In this document: in pieces, positions 13,000 through 24,260 of the stretch
Numbering within the stretch: position 1 is the stretch's first letter
Layout: each line of letters opens with the position of its first letter
Assembly: GCF_963921235.1 (NCBI RefSeq)
Contig: NC_086124.1
Span: forward strand, 27,962,001 to 28,026,000
Direction of reading: 5' to 3'
Origin: Mobula hypostoma
Taxonomy: Eukaryota
DNA length: 64,000 bases
Notes under the pieces: generated by a model
Told to the model about the DNA's origin: nothing
What the model saw: only the letters and a program-made list of their open reading frames with translations
Database searches by the model: none
Program-made: the position numbers and the translations under genes

Positions 13000-14004
13000 C
13001 AGGGGTGGCCAATGTTTCAGATTGCATGCGTCATTTTTTTCAGGCATGAGTTCAGGTGCGCCATACAACTCTTGTACCCCCATTCAATTCTTGTAAAAAT
13101 ATGTTAATATAGACATATTTAGCATTTTTACATGATATATTGATTTAATATAAAACAAGATAAACATTACTTACCTTAATGAGACTTTTAACAAATATAT
13201 TTTGTCTTCTTTTGATTTCTTCCTTTTTCTTAATCACATAGTCTTTCCGTAACTCAGACCAAAGCACTAGCTTCAGTTTTCCTTCGATTTCAGTCTGATG
13301 TTGTGTTTTATAGTGTCTATTAAGATCATGTCTTCTATTGTGTGAGGAAGTGTTTTCACAAACAATGCACAACAATTTTCCTGATGAATCCGCTATAAAT
13401 AAGAACTCATTTCCCCTCTGTTCATTGAATTCACACTTACTATCACTTTCTGCTTTTCTTTTGCACTGTGATGGGTCACTGAATGTAAAAACAAAACTTA
13501 GTTTTCGAAAAAGTACACAATTGCAAATGTTCACGAAGGACGAACAAAGCATAACGTCGTAGCACATGAGTGTCAATTGTAAACTGACTGGCAAAAACCT
13601 GCGACCCACCGCTGGTGCAGACGCCTGGCGTCTCAAGATCAAACAAGTATCAAACATTTATTGAACAGTTATGGAACAACTGCAGAACAAAAGTCCTTCT
13701 TTTCTAGTTTGACTCATTGAACATTTTTTTAAAATTGAAAACAGATTAATGTGAAAGAAGATAACATTTGCCAAAAGATGTGCACGAAATAATAAAATAG
13801 CTAAAAATAATTGCTATGTTTTAGGTTTATTCTCATTGAAACCCATTTCTAGATCTAAGCTACTTGAATTCCTGTTATAGTTTTTTTTTCTACAAATCAG
13901 TTTTTAGTTAACACTTTTTGCATGAGTAGGCTTACTTTTTTATAATTATCACTGGGGTGCAATGCACCACTTTTGGTGCATGCGCTGTCGGTTGGCCATC
14001 CCTG
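13000..14004 (-). mobile_element. Deleted hAT/Charlie-type element with BED zinc-finger remnant
   Basis: TIRs caggggtggccaa / ttggccatccctg, 8-bp TSD ctt(c/t)aggg. The minus-strand ORF carries LLCIVCE...DLNRHYKTQH. Empty site near 17450 in the second SRCR unit. Confidence 0.85.
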
Positions 14005-14639
14005 CTTTAGGGTGTTCTGCACAAGAACTCCCAAGTCCCTTTGCATCTCAGATGTTTCGATTTTACTCTGTTTAGAAAATAGTCTGCAGAATTATTTCTA
14101 CTGATGAAGTGCAAGACCATGCATTTTCCAACATTGTATCTAATTTGTTGTTTCCATGCCCATACTCCCAAACTGTCTAAGTCCATCTGAATTCACTCTC
14201 TTTTGAGTTCTATTACCAACCTAATTTTCCCAGTCTACCTGCATATTAAAATTTCCCCTTACTATCATAACATTTCCCTTTTGGTACACCATTTCTATTT
14301 CTGTTGTATTCTGCAGCCTACATTCCAGTTACTGTTTGGGGAGCTGCATATACTGCCATCAGGGTCCATTTCCATTGCAGTTTCATTATTGAACTGACAA
14401 GGATACAACATCTTCCGATCCTATGTCATACCTTTCCCAGTATTTGATGCCATTCTCTAACAGCAGAGCGATGACACGCCCCCAACCTATGTTCATACCC
14501 TTTCGATACAATGTACAATGGAAATTCAGCTACCCACCAAACAACCTTTCAGCAACAAATCGGTGATGTCCACAAGATCGTATGTGACAATTTGTAAAAG
14601 CGCCGTGTTGTTGTGCTCAATAGACGTTGAGAACAGTAT

Positions 14640-15470
14640 TGTAACCTATAGACAATAACCTATCCCTCAACGTCAGCAAGACGAAGGAATTGGTTGTTGA
14701 CTTCAGAAGGAGTAGTGGACCGCACAACCCAATTTACATCGGTGATGCGCAAGTGGAACAGGTCAAAAGCTTTAAGTTCCTCGGGGTCAATGTCACAAGT
14801 GACCTGACCTGGTCCAACCAAGTCGAGTTCACTGCCAGGAAGGCCCACCAGTGCCTTTACTTCCTGAGAAAACCGAGGAAATTTGGCCTGTCCCCTAAAA
14901 ACCTCACTAATTTTTATAGATGCACCGTAGAAAGCTTTCTTCTAGGGTGCATCACAACCTGGTATGGAAGTTGTCCTGTCCAAGACCGAAAGAAGCTGCA
15001 GAAGATTGTGAACATGGCAGAGAAACCAATCTTCTGTCCTTGGACTCACTTCACACTACACGCTGTCAGAGCTGTGCTACTGGAATAATCAAGGACACGA
15101 CCCACCCAGCCAACACAGTTTTCGTCCCTCTTCCCTCCGGGAGAAGGCTCAGGAGCTTGAAGACTCGTACGGCCAGATTTGGGAACAGCTTCTTTCCAAC
15201 TGTGATAAGACTGCTGAACAGATCCTGACCTGGATCTGGGCCGTACCCTCCAAATATCCGGACCTGCCTCTCGTTTTTTTTTGTACTACCTCACTTTCCA
15301 TTTTTCTATTTTCTATTTATGATTTATAAATTAATTTTTTAATATTTACTAATTTTTACTATTTTTAATATTTAATATTTGTAATCCAGGGAGTGGGAAG
15401 CGCAGAATCAAATATCGCTGTGATGATTGTACATTCTAGTATCAATTGTTTGGAGACAATAAAGTATAAA
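14640..15470 (+). mobile_element. L2/Rex-Babar-type LINE 3' fragment
   Basis: KTKELVVDFRR...VEQVKSFKFLGV...LYFLRK...FYRCTVES and RFGNSFFPTVIRLLN, followed by an A/T-rich tail. Confidence 0.8.
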
Positions 15471-15479
15471 GTAACCATT

Positions 15480-16490
15480 TTTGATTCTGCATCCCTAATG
15501 CACTGATATTCACTCTGCTAGTAGCTTTTTTTTGTTCGATCATCTGCCCGCCTTTCCTACCAGACTGACTGCACGCTATCTTTGCTGTTTTACCATCCGC
15601 GCTGTCCTGACCGCATTCCCTTTAGTTTCCACCCCCCTGCAAAATTAGTTTGAACCCTCCCCAATAGCTCTAAGAAACCAGTGTGCGAGAATGTTGTTGG
15701 CTTCAGTTGCAACCCTTCCCTTCTGTACAGGTCATGCTTCCCGTAGAAGAGATCTGAATGATCCAAGAACCTGAAGCACTTCACTCCCAGCTCCAAATTC
15801 TCAGCCATGCATGTATCTGCCAAATCATTCTGTTTCTACCGTCTGTGGCGCGTGACGCAAGAAACAATCCTGAATGTGTTGCGTCTCGGCATTTTGTCCG
15901 GCTCTTTAAATCCTCATTGCGGAACCTCTTTGTACCAAGATTTCAGGCTGCTCTCCCTCCCACTGCACAATGCTATGGATGCGATCCGAGTCCATAGCAC
16001 CTGGGAGGGAGCAACAGACCATCCGTGTGTCCCGTTTACGTCAACAAACTTTTTTTTCGATTACTCTGACTATTGAGTCCCCCATCTCAACCGCTCCCGA
16101 CTCTCCCTCTTTCCCTTCTGCAATGCATTGTCAGTGCAACCCACCTGGTCTCCGTGGCATTCTCCTGAGAGGTTATTTCAAAAAATAGTATCCAAAATGA
16201 TATACTTATTATTCAGGGAATTTACCCAAGAGCTGCTGTGAGCTCACTGTCTACTCACCATCTAATTCCTTCCCCTGACAGTCACTCAGTTATCAGACTC
16301 CTGCAGCTCTGATGGATGATCTCCTCACTCTCCCGTAGAAGCCGAAGGTCTTGCAGCTGCTGCTCCCGATCCATAGCACGGTTTTGCAGTATCTGCAGCT
16401 GGACGCACCTCACATACTTGTAGTTGCCCGTGGGGCTCCCAAGACTTCAACATCCAACGCGAATAACACGCAAAGGCCTTCTAAACTACA
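15480..16490 (-). mobile_element. CR1 ORF1/ORF2-junction remnant forming the SRCR intron; paralogous copies at 20210-21220 and partly at 10200-10480 and 11740-11990
   Basis: Minus-strand CR1 ORF1 coiled-coil-like text (CVRCIQLQILQD...EQQLQELQLVRESEEII), repeated in each SRCR unit. Confidence 0.65.
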
Positions 16491-16729
16491 CTAAATACCC
16501 CCCTCAAGTTACCCAGAGCCAGTGCCTCTTCTGTGCTGAAGACTCCTTTGAGCCAATGCCTGGCAATCCACTTTTACCACTGGCCTATCCCAACAGTCAG
16601 TGCTGCAACAATGGTGGCTCCGCTTGTGCAAACATTGACATGCTGTGTAATGGATAGGAATGCGGAACAGAACATACCTGAAGCGAAACTCCAAAAAATA
16701 CAGTAATTTCTCTTTCAATGTCATTACAG

Positions 16730-17044
16730 TGCCCGAAATAAGGCTGGTAGGCGGCAGCGATTGTTGTTCAGGGAGAGTGGAGGTGCGGTACAATGCACAG
16801 TGGGGAACGATATGCGACGATGGATGGGGCACTGAAGACGCCAAGGTTGTCTGCAATGAGTTGGGTTGTCCCTCTGCTGCAGCAGCAATACCGGGAGCAC
16901 ACTTCGGGCAAGGCAGCGGGAATATCTGGATGGATGATGTTGCGTGCAATGGAAAGGAATCCGCCCTTTGGGAATGTTCCTTCCGAGGATGGGGGAGTCA
17001 TAACTGCGGTCACAGAGAGGATGCAGGAGTGATTTGTTCAGAAG
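16730..17044 (+). CDS. Group-B SRCR domain exon 2
   Basis: Acceptor tcattacag| at 16729 and donor G|GTAGGC at 17044. 315 nt, phase 1-1, open frame, about 90% nt identity to exon 1. The eight canonical Cys are present plus one extra (DCCSG). Confidence 0.95.
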
Positions 17045-19125
17045 GTAGGCATAGAACAAAGAACCTCTTTGTTTCTGCTTTCTCTCTGTTGGGATTAACA
17101 AAGTCTCTATATTTTAGTAATTAGGCCAGCCACTCTAGTTGCTGTGGGTGAAACGATGAGAATTTTTGTACTGATGCTTGACGTTGTTGGGCAGGCACAA
17201 CTTAATTAACATTTGTTCTGTGTTGCTTAAAGTGCTGGAGTGTGTCATTTGGCAAATTTTTATGTTCTAGTTGGTCGTGCATACAGGTGCTGATTCCAGA
17301 TTCATATAGGGTTAGAGGTATCAGAGCAGAAAGTATTAGGAATGACCGGTAATAAATCTGTATGCATTGAATTGTAACTATTTGTTAACGGCATTTCGTT
17401 AGCTTTCTGGGGTTCAGGTAGGAACTCCATTTCATAAACTGCATATAAACCTTTAAGGTGCTCTGCAGAAGAACTTCCAAGTCCCTTTGCATCTCAGATG
17501 TTTCGATTTCACTCTGTTTAGAAAATAGTCTGCAGAATTATTTCTACTGATGAAGTGCAAGACCATGCATTTTCCAACATTGTACTGAATTTGCCGTTTC
17601 CATGCCCATACTCCAAAACTGTCTGAGTCCTTCTGAATTCACACTCTTTTCAGTTCTATTACCAACCTAATTTTCCCAATCTACCTGCATGTTAAAATTT
17701 CCCCTTACTATCATAACATTTCCCTGTTGGTACGCCATTTCTATTTCTGTTGTATTCTGCAGCCTACATTCCAGTTACTGTTTGGGGAGCTGCATATACT
17801 GCCATCAGGGTCTTTTTCCATTGCAGTTTTGTTACTCAATCGACAAAAATTCAATATCTTCCAATCCTATGTCACATCTTTCTCAGTATTTGATACCATT
17901 GTCTAACAGCAGAGCGATGCAGCGCCCTCAGCCTATGTCCATCCCCTTTCAATACAATGTACAATGGAAATTCAGCTACCCACCAAACAATCTTTCAGCA
18001 ACGAATCGGTGATGTCCACAAGTTCATACATGACAATTTGTAAAAGTGCAGTAAGATCATCTAGCTTATTTCTTGTATTCTGTTGAATGAGATCTAAGGC
18101 TTTGAGTATAGTGCTTGCAACCTTTTTTTATTCTGCAGCCTAATGCACTGGTAATATACTCACCCTGCTGGCTGCATTTTGTCCGATCATGTAGTTGCCC
18201 TTCCTAACAGTCTGACTGCCTGCTACTTTTGTTGTTTTAACACCCTTCATATCCTGAGTCCCTTCACTCAGTTTCCTATCCCCATGCTAAGTTAGTTTCG
18301 ACCCTCCCCAACAGCTCTAACAAGCCAGCCCGAGAGAATATTTGCCCATCTCGGTGTCAAGTGCAACCCCTCCCTTTTGTACAGGTCATCTCTCCTCCAT
18401 TTGGATTCCAGCATCCGCAAATTTTCTCCTGTTTGTGAAACGAATGTGCTTGGCTATGGCCGTACCTTAGGATATACCAGCTTGATCTCAGAAAATATAA
18501 AAATTCTACAATAATAGTAAATAAGTAATAAATACTGAAAATATGGGGTGAGGAGGTGAGGAGTCCTTGAAATCATGTCCGCAGGTCGTGGCAACAGTTC
18601 AGTGAAGGGGCAAGTTTTAACATTAAAACCTGACGCAGTGTGAAATCTCTTGCTGCTGATTTGTTTCTAAATCCCCTCACACATAACGTACAGAAACCGA
18701 TTAGTGAAAAGCACCAGAAATATGGTGAATTAAAAGGAATTCAAAGACTATGTAAGATGAGGAGGGTATTCGTTGTACGAACAGAAACATGTACAACTGG
18801 TACCATCCCAATGTCACTATATAATAGCATTATATATTTTGACAGACAGCAATAATAATGCAAATCTGCAGAAAGCCAAAAGTTCAAATAGGACTAGAAT
18901 AGCGCAAAAATTCTTAGCAATTGAAAAATGAGTATACTTAACTCTGCCAGTACCTCAGGTTTTACCAGCTTGTCCTGAGATATTAGTTTAAATAATAATA
19001 ATAATTATCAGGTCGCTAGATAGACAGATGGGTGTTTTGTTAAGTGGGTGAAATTAAAAAATATATTGTAAATAAAGGAAGAAATAAATAAATTAATAAA
19101 AATCTGATTGATAAAGAAATAAATA

Positions 19126-19279
19126 CAGGTTGACCTTCACTAATCCGACTACCTGTAATCTGGTTCCTTCGATAATCCGGCACTGATTATGCTTAATGTG
19201 ATCCTTCTGTAATTCGGCATTTTCACTAATCCGGCACTCCTCAGGTCCCAATGGTGCGGGATTAGTGAAGGCCGACCTG
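19126..19279. mobile_element. Tc1/mariner (pogo/Tigger-like) MITE
   Basis: TIRs caggttgaccttcactaatccg / cgggattagtgaaggccgacctg flanked by TA dinucleotides (19124-25, 19280-81). Confidence 0.85.
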
Positions 19280-20189
19280 TACTTATTTTGAGACATGAGT
19301 TGCAGCATCCATGGAAGTGATTCCATAGTTTGGGTTCAGATTCACAATTCCTGAACAACTATCGGAGTATGTACTGTGACATGACCGGATAACCCTATTA
19401 ATTGTGTGCACCAGGCTTGTCCTGCGGTTTCAGGCGATGATATGAAGAGAAAATTCTGTTCTAACTATCGGCAGTCTGAGACAGCTGCCAATGATCAGGT
19501 TAGGGCCCTGATATGGGTGCTGACAATATCTTCAGAATTTCGATAGCAAAGTCCAACATCTCAGTCCAGAAAACCGTTTGTGAATTCAATCATAAGATAT
19601 GATGGCTTATAACTGCTTTACGTAAACCCAAGTTTGGCGTTAAAGATTACGGGAAGAAGGCAAGGGAATGTAGTTCAAAGTGAGAATATATCATCTATGA
19701 TGAGTTGCACAGTAGATTAAATGGCCATACTGGCTTAATTATTCTCCTGTTTCTGATTGACGTTTGCCCGAAGATAAAGCCCATAAGTCGCTCGCTGTCT
19801 GGGTGGTGAGAATTGAGCATTCTGTGGTTTCCAGTGACCCAGATTCAGTATTAAATCCGGAACAACGAATTACAGTTATTGGCATGTTTGCTGCTCGTCC
19901 TTATTGTTGTTGACATGACAACATACAGAGACAAATTTCTTCGTCATGTTAGAGCACAATATCCCTTTATACGACTACATTCGCTGGCTGACGAAAGGCG
20001 TGTGTGTAGGTGATTCTACTGTACCGCATGTGATGTGGGTTATGATACTATTGCCTTGTATGTGGACTGCTGTCAGCACAACAACTTATCACGTTCCTGT
20101 GGAGGGAGAGCAGAACTGGGATATTCACTGACATCTGTCTCTGAAGGCGTGATCATGTGTAAGCACACTCTACTCTTATACTTTATAAG

Positions 20190-21398
20190 AAGTTGTGAAC
20201 AGTATTGTAACCCTTTTTGATTCTGCATCCCTAATGCACTGATGCTCTGCTGGTAGCTTTTTTGTTCGATCATCTGCCTGCCCTTCCTACCAGATTGCCT
20301 GCACGCTATCTTTGCTCTTTTACCACACGCAATGTCCTGACCCCATTCCCTTTGGTTTCCACCCCCCTGCAAAATTAATTTAAACCCTCCCCAATAGCTC
20401 TAAGAAACCAGTGTGTGAGAATATTGGACTCCATCGGCTTCAGCTGCAACCCTTCTCTTCTGTACAGGTCATGCCTCCCCCAGAAGTGATCTGAACAATC
20501 CAAGAACCTGAAGCACTTCACCCCCTGCGCCAAGTTCTCAGCCACACATGTATCTGCATTCTGTATCTACCGTCCCTGGCACATGCCGCAGGCAGTAATC
20601 CTGAATATGGTGCATCTCAGCATTCTGTCTAGCTCTTTAAATCCTCTCTGCTTAACGTCTTTGTACCAAGACTTCTGGCTGCTCTCCCTCCCCTCCACAA
20701 TGCTATGGACGTGATCCGTGTCGTCTATTACCCAGGCACTTGTGAGGCAACAGACCATCCATGTGTCCCGTTCACATCAACAGAGTCCTCCAACTCAAAC
20801 GCTCCCAACTCTCCCTCTTTCCCTTCTGCAATCCATGGTCAGTGCAACCCACCTGGTGTCCGTGGCATTCTCCTGAGAGGTTATCTCAAAAAGTAGTATC
20901 CACTATGTTATATTTTTATTATTTAGGGTAGTTACCCAAGAGCTGCTGTGAGCTAACTACCTATTCATCCTCCAATTCCTTCCCCTGACAGTCACTCAGT
21001 TATTAGACTCCTGCACCTTAGATTCCCAGAGCATCTGATGGATGATCTCCTCACTCTCCCTTACAAGCCGAAGGTCTTGCAGCTGCTGCTGCTGATCCAT
21101 AGCACGGCCTTGCAGTATCTGCAGCTGGACACACCTCACATACATGTAGTTGCCTGTGGGGCTCCCAAGACTTCAACATCCAATGTGAATAACATGCAAG
21201 GGCCTTCTAAACTACACTAAGTACCGCTCTCAAGTTACCCAGAGCCAGTGCCTCTTCTGTGCTGAAAACTCCTTTGAGTCAATGCCTGACAATCCACTTT
21301 TACCACTGGCCTATCCCAGCAATCAGTGCTGCAACAATGGTGGCTCTGCTTGTGCAAACATTCACATGCTGAGTTATGGGTTGGAATGCAGAACAAGA
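20190..21398 (+). repeat. Third SRCR repeat unit, truncated just before its exon
   Basis: Colinear with 15470-16670, the intron preceding SRCR exon 2. Similarity stops at ggaatgcagaacaaga, about 60 nt before the expected acceptor, and is replaced by LINE sequence. Confidence 0.85.
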
Positions 21399-21869
21399 GA
21401 GGCAATAAGGATGAGATACTTGTTTTGTCAGGTTGGTCGTCTGAGTGCTACTGGTACCGTGTAACCCAGTACTAGCTGTTGCACAGTCGGGTGGTCAGCG
21501 ACTAAACTGGCTCCCCCACCAGGCTTCCCTGGTGAAGAGGGTGGCTAGACACCCTGCAGGATGAAAAACAAGACCTGTCAAAGGGCGGATGAACCCTCTT
21601 GTAGGGTCAACGGCCTTCTAGCAAACACGTGCCGTGAAGCGCAGAAAGGGCATCCCTTGCATCGAAGCTTTGTCTGGCCATTCACTGCAACAGAACTTCC
21701 CCCAGCCGTCTTGGACACCACCATGCCACTGGATCTGGGAGGGGATGTCGAGAGGGTGGGTCTGGACCTGTGCACCCCATACTCACCTAAATGCATTCAC
21801 GCACATGCTGTTCCCTTCTGAGGAGTGAGGTACCACCCCACTAACTGACTGAAAGGAACCATCATCATC

Positions 21870-23440
21870 CTATGGGATGGATAGCGAGAGAGAGAGAGGG
21901 GGAAGGATGAGACGGGCTACATGCGAGTGTTCTGAAAGAGGTGCCTATAGATATCGTAGAGATATTGATCATGATCTTTAAAGAATCACGAGATTCTGGA
22001 ATGATTCTAGAGTACTGGAAAATTACAAATGTCACTCCACTCTTCAAGAAGGGAGAGAGGCGGTGAAAGGAAATGGTAGGCCAGTTAGTCTGACCTCAGT
22101 AGTTGGGAAGATGTTGGAGCAGATTGTCAAGGAGGAGGTTTTGTAGGTACTTGGAGGCACATGATAAAATAGGCCATGGTGTCCTTAAGGGGATATCTTG
22201 CCTGACAAATCTGTTGGAATTCTTTGAGGAAATAACAGGCAGGATAGACAATGGGGTGTCAGTGGATATTGTGTACTTTGATTTTCAGAAGGCCTTTGAC
22301 AAGGTGTCAGACATAAAGCTGCTTAACAAGATAAGAGGCCATGGTATTACAGAAAGTTACTAGCATGGATAACTCAGTGGCTGATTGGCAGGAGGCAAAG
22401 AGTTTGAATGATGGGAGCCTTTTCTGATTAGCTGCCAGTGACTGTTGGTGTTTCACAGGGTCCTGTGTTGGCACTGCTTCTTACATTATATGTCAATAAT
22501 TTGGATGATGGAATTGATAGCTTTGTTGCAAGTTTTGCAGATGAGACAAAAATAGGTGGAGAGGTATGTAGTTTTGAGGAAGTAGAGAGAATACAGAAGG
22601 ACAGACAGGTTAAGAGAATGGGCAAAGAAGTGGCAGATGGAATAAAGTGTCAGGAAATATATGATCATGTACTTTGGGAGAAGAAATAAAAGGGTGGACT
22701 ATTTTCTAAGTGTAGAGAAAATTCAAACATCTGAGATGAAAAGGGACTTGGGAGTCCTTGTGCAGGTTTCCTGAAGATTAAATGGCAGGTTGAATCATAG
22801 ATGAGGAAGGCAAATGCAATGTGAACATTCATTTCAAGAGGTCTCTTATATAAATGCAAGGATATAATGTTGAGGCTTTTAAAAAAACATTGGCGAGGCC
22901 TCACTTGGACTATTGTAAGCAGTTTTAGGCCTCTGATCTTAGAAAGAATAAATGTGTTGACATTGGAAAGTGTTCAAAGGAGGTCCAGGATTGAGACCCT
23001 TGTGATATAAAGTGTATTTGATGGCTCTGTGCCTGTGTTTACTCGAATTCAGAAGAATTACAGGTGACCAAATTGAAACTTGTTGAATGTTGAAAGGCTT
23101 CTTTCAAGTGGAGGTGGAAAGGATGTTTCTTGTGGTGGAAAGTCTAAGACCAGAGGACACAGCCCCATAATAGAGAGGTGTTCTTTTTGAATGGAGATGA
23201 GGAGAAATTTCTTCAGTGGTGAATCTGTGGAATTTATTGCAACAGCCAGATGTGGTATCCAAGTCTATAGGTATATTTAAGGCAGAGGCTGACAGATTCT
23301 TGATTAGTCAGGGCCTGAAGGGATATAGGAAGAACGCAGGAAATTGGGGCTGAGAGGAAATTGAATCCGCCATGATGAAATAGTGGAGCAGACTTTTGGG
23401 CCAAATGGCCTAACTCTGCTCCTATATCTTATGCTCTTAT
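21870..23440 (+). mobile_element. CR1 LINE RT region and 3' tail, decayed
   Basis: VTPLFKKG, SCLTNLLEFFEE, VDIVYFDFQKAFDKV, GVSQGPVL and FADETKIGG motifs with stops and frameshifts. Confidence 0.9.
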
Positions 23441-23994
23441 GATAGGAGACAGGAAGCAGAGGGTGGGGGTTGAAGGTTGTGTCTTGGAATGGCGACTGGT
23501 GACTAGTTGGCTGCCACAGGGTTGGTCACAAATCCACCAGGCCTGATCACTAAGGTCGTGGATGACACAAAATGATGCATTCTGGGAAGGCAAACCAACA
23601 TGGAACTGTACTGTCAATGGTCGGGTGAGAAAGGATCATTTACAAGGGACCTGAGGATCAACGTTTTTATTTACACAGAGGGTGGTAAGTAGATGGAATG
23701 ATCTGTCAGAGGAAGTGGTTGAGGCAGGTACAATAGTATCACTGAAGAGCTATTTGCATAGATTTGCTTGCAATGAATGTCAGTTTTATATCTAGAGCAT
23801 TTTTAGTATAGTGTGCATCATTGGGATGGTATGGATTGTACGGATATTGGCCAAATTCAGGAAATTGGGAGAAGCTGAGTGGGCACCATGGATTACACCG
23901 ATTGGCGGGCTGAAAGGCCTGTATGTGTGTGCTGACTTACTCTATGACTCTAAAACTCCATGATATGAGGCAGAAGTTGTCCTCAGCTAATAAT

Positions 23995-24260
23995 GAATAA
24001 GAGAGAGTGGAGGGTCAGAAACATGAAATGACAGAGAGGGGGACAGTAACAGAGAGAAAGGCAGACAGAGAGAGGGAGGTGAAGGTGGAAAGACAGGTTG
24101 GATGACAGAGGGAGAGAAGAGGGGGAGGGAGACAAGGGGGGGAAGAGAGGGAGAGGATACAGAGTGGGGGTGATGGGGAGATGTAGGGGTGGCAGAGCAG
24201 GGGGGAAGACAGGGAGGGTGAGAGAGAGAGAGAGGTAAACTGAGCAGCTGAGAGACAGAG
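23995..24260. repeat. Purine-rich (GA/GGA) low-complexity tract
   Basis: Nearly pure A/G run on the plus strand. Confidence 0.8.

Noticed and set aside
20035-20220. SCGGRAEL resembling a CUB or SRCR start
   Set aside because: No further conserved Cys/Trp pattern and no convincing splice sites.
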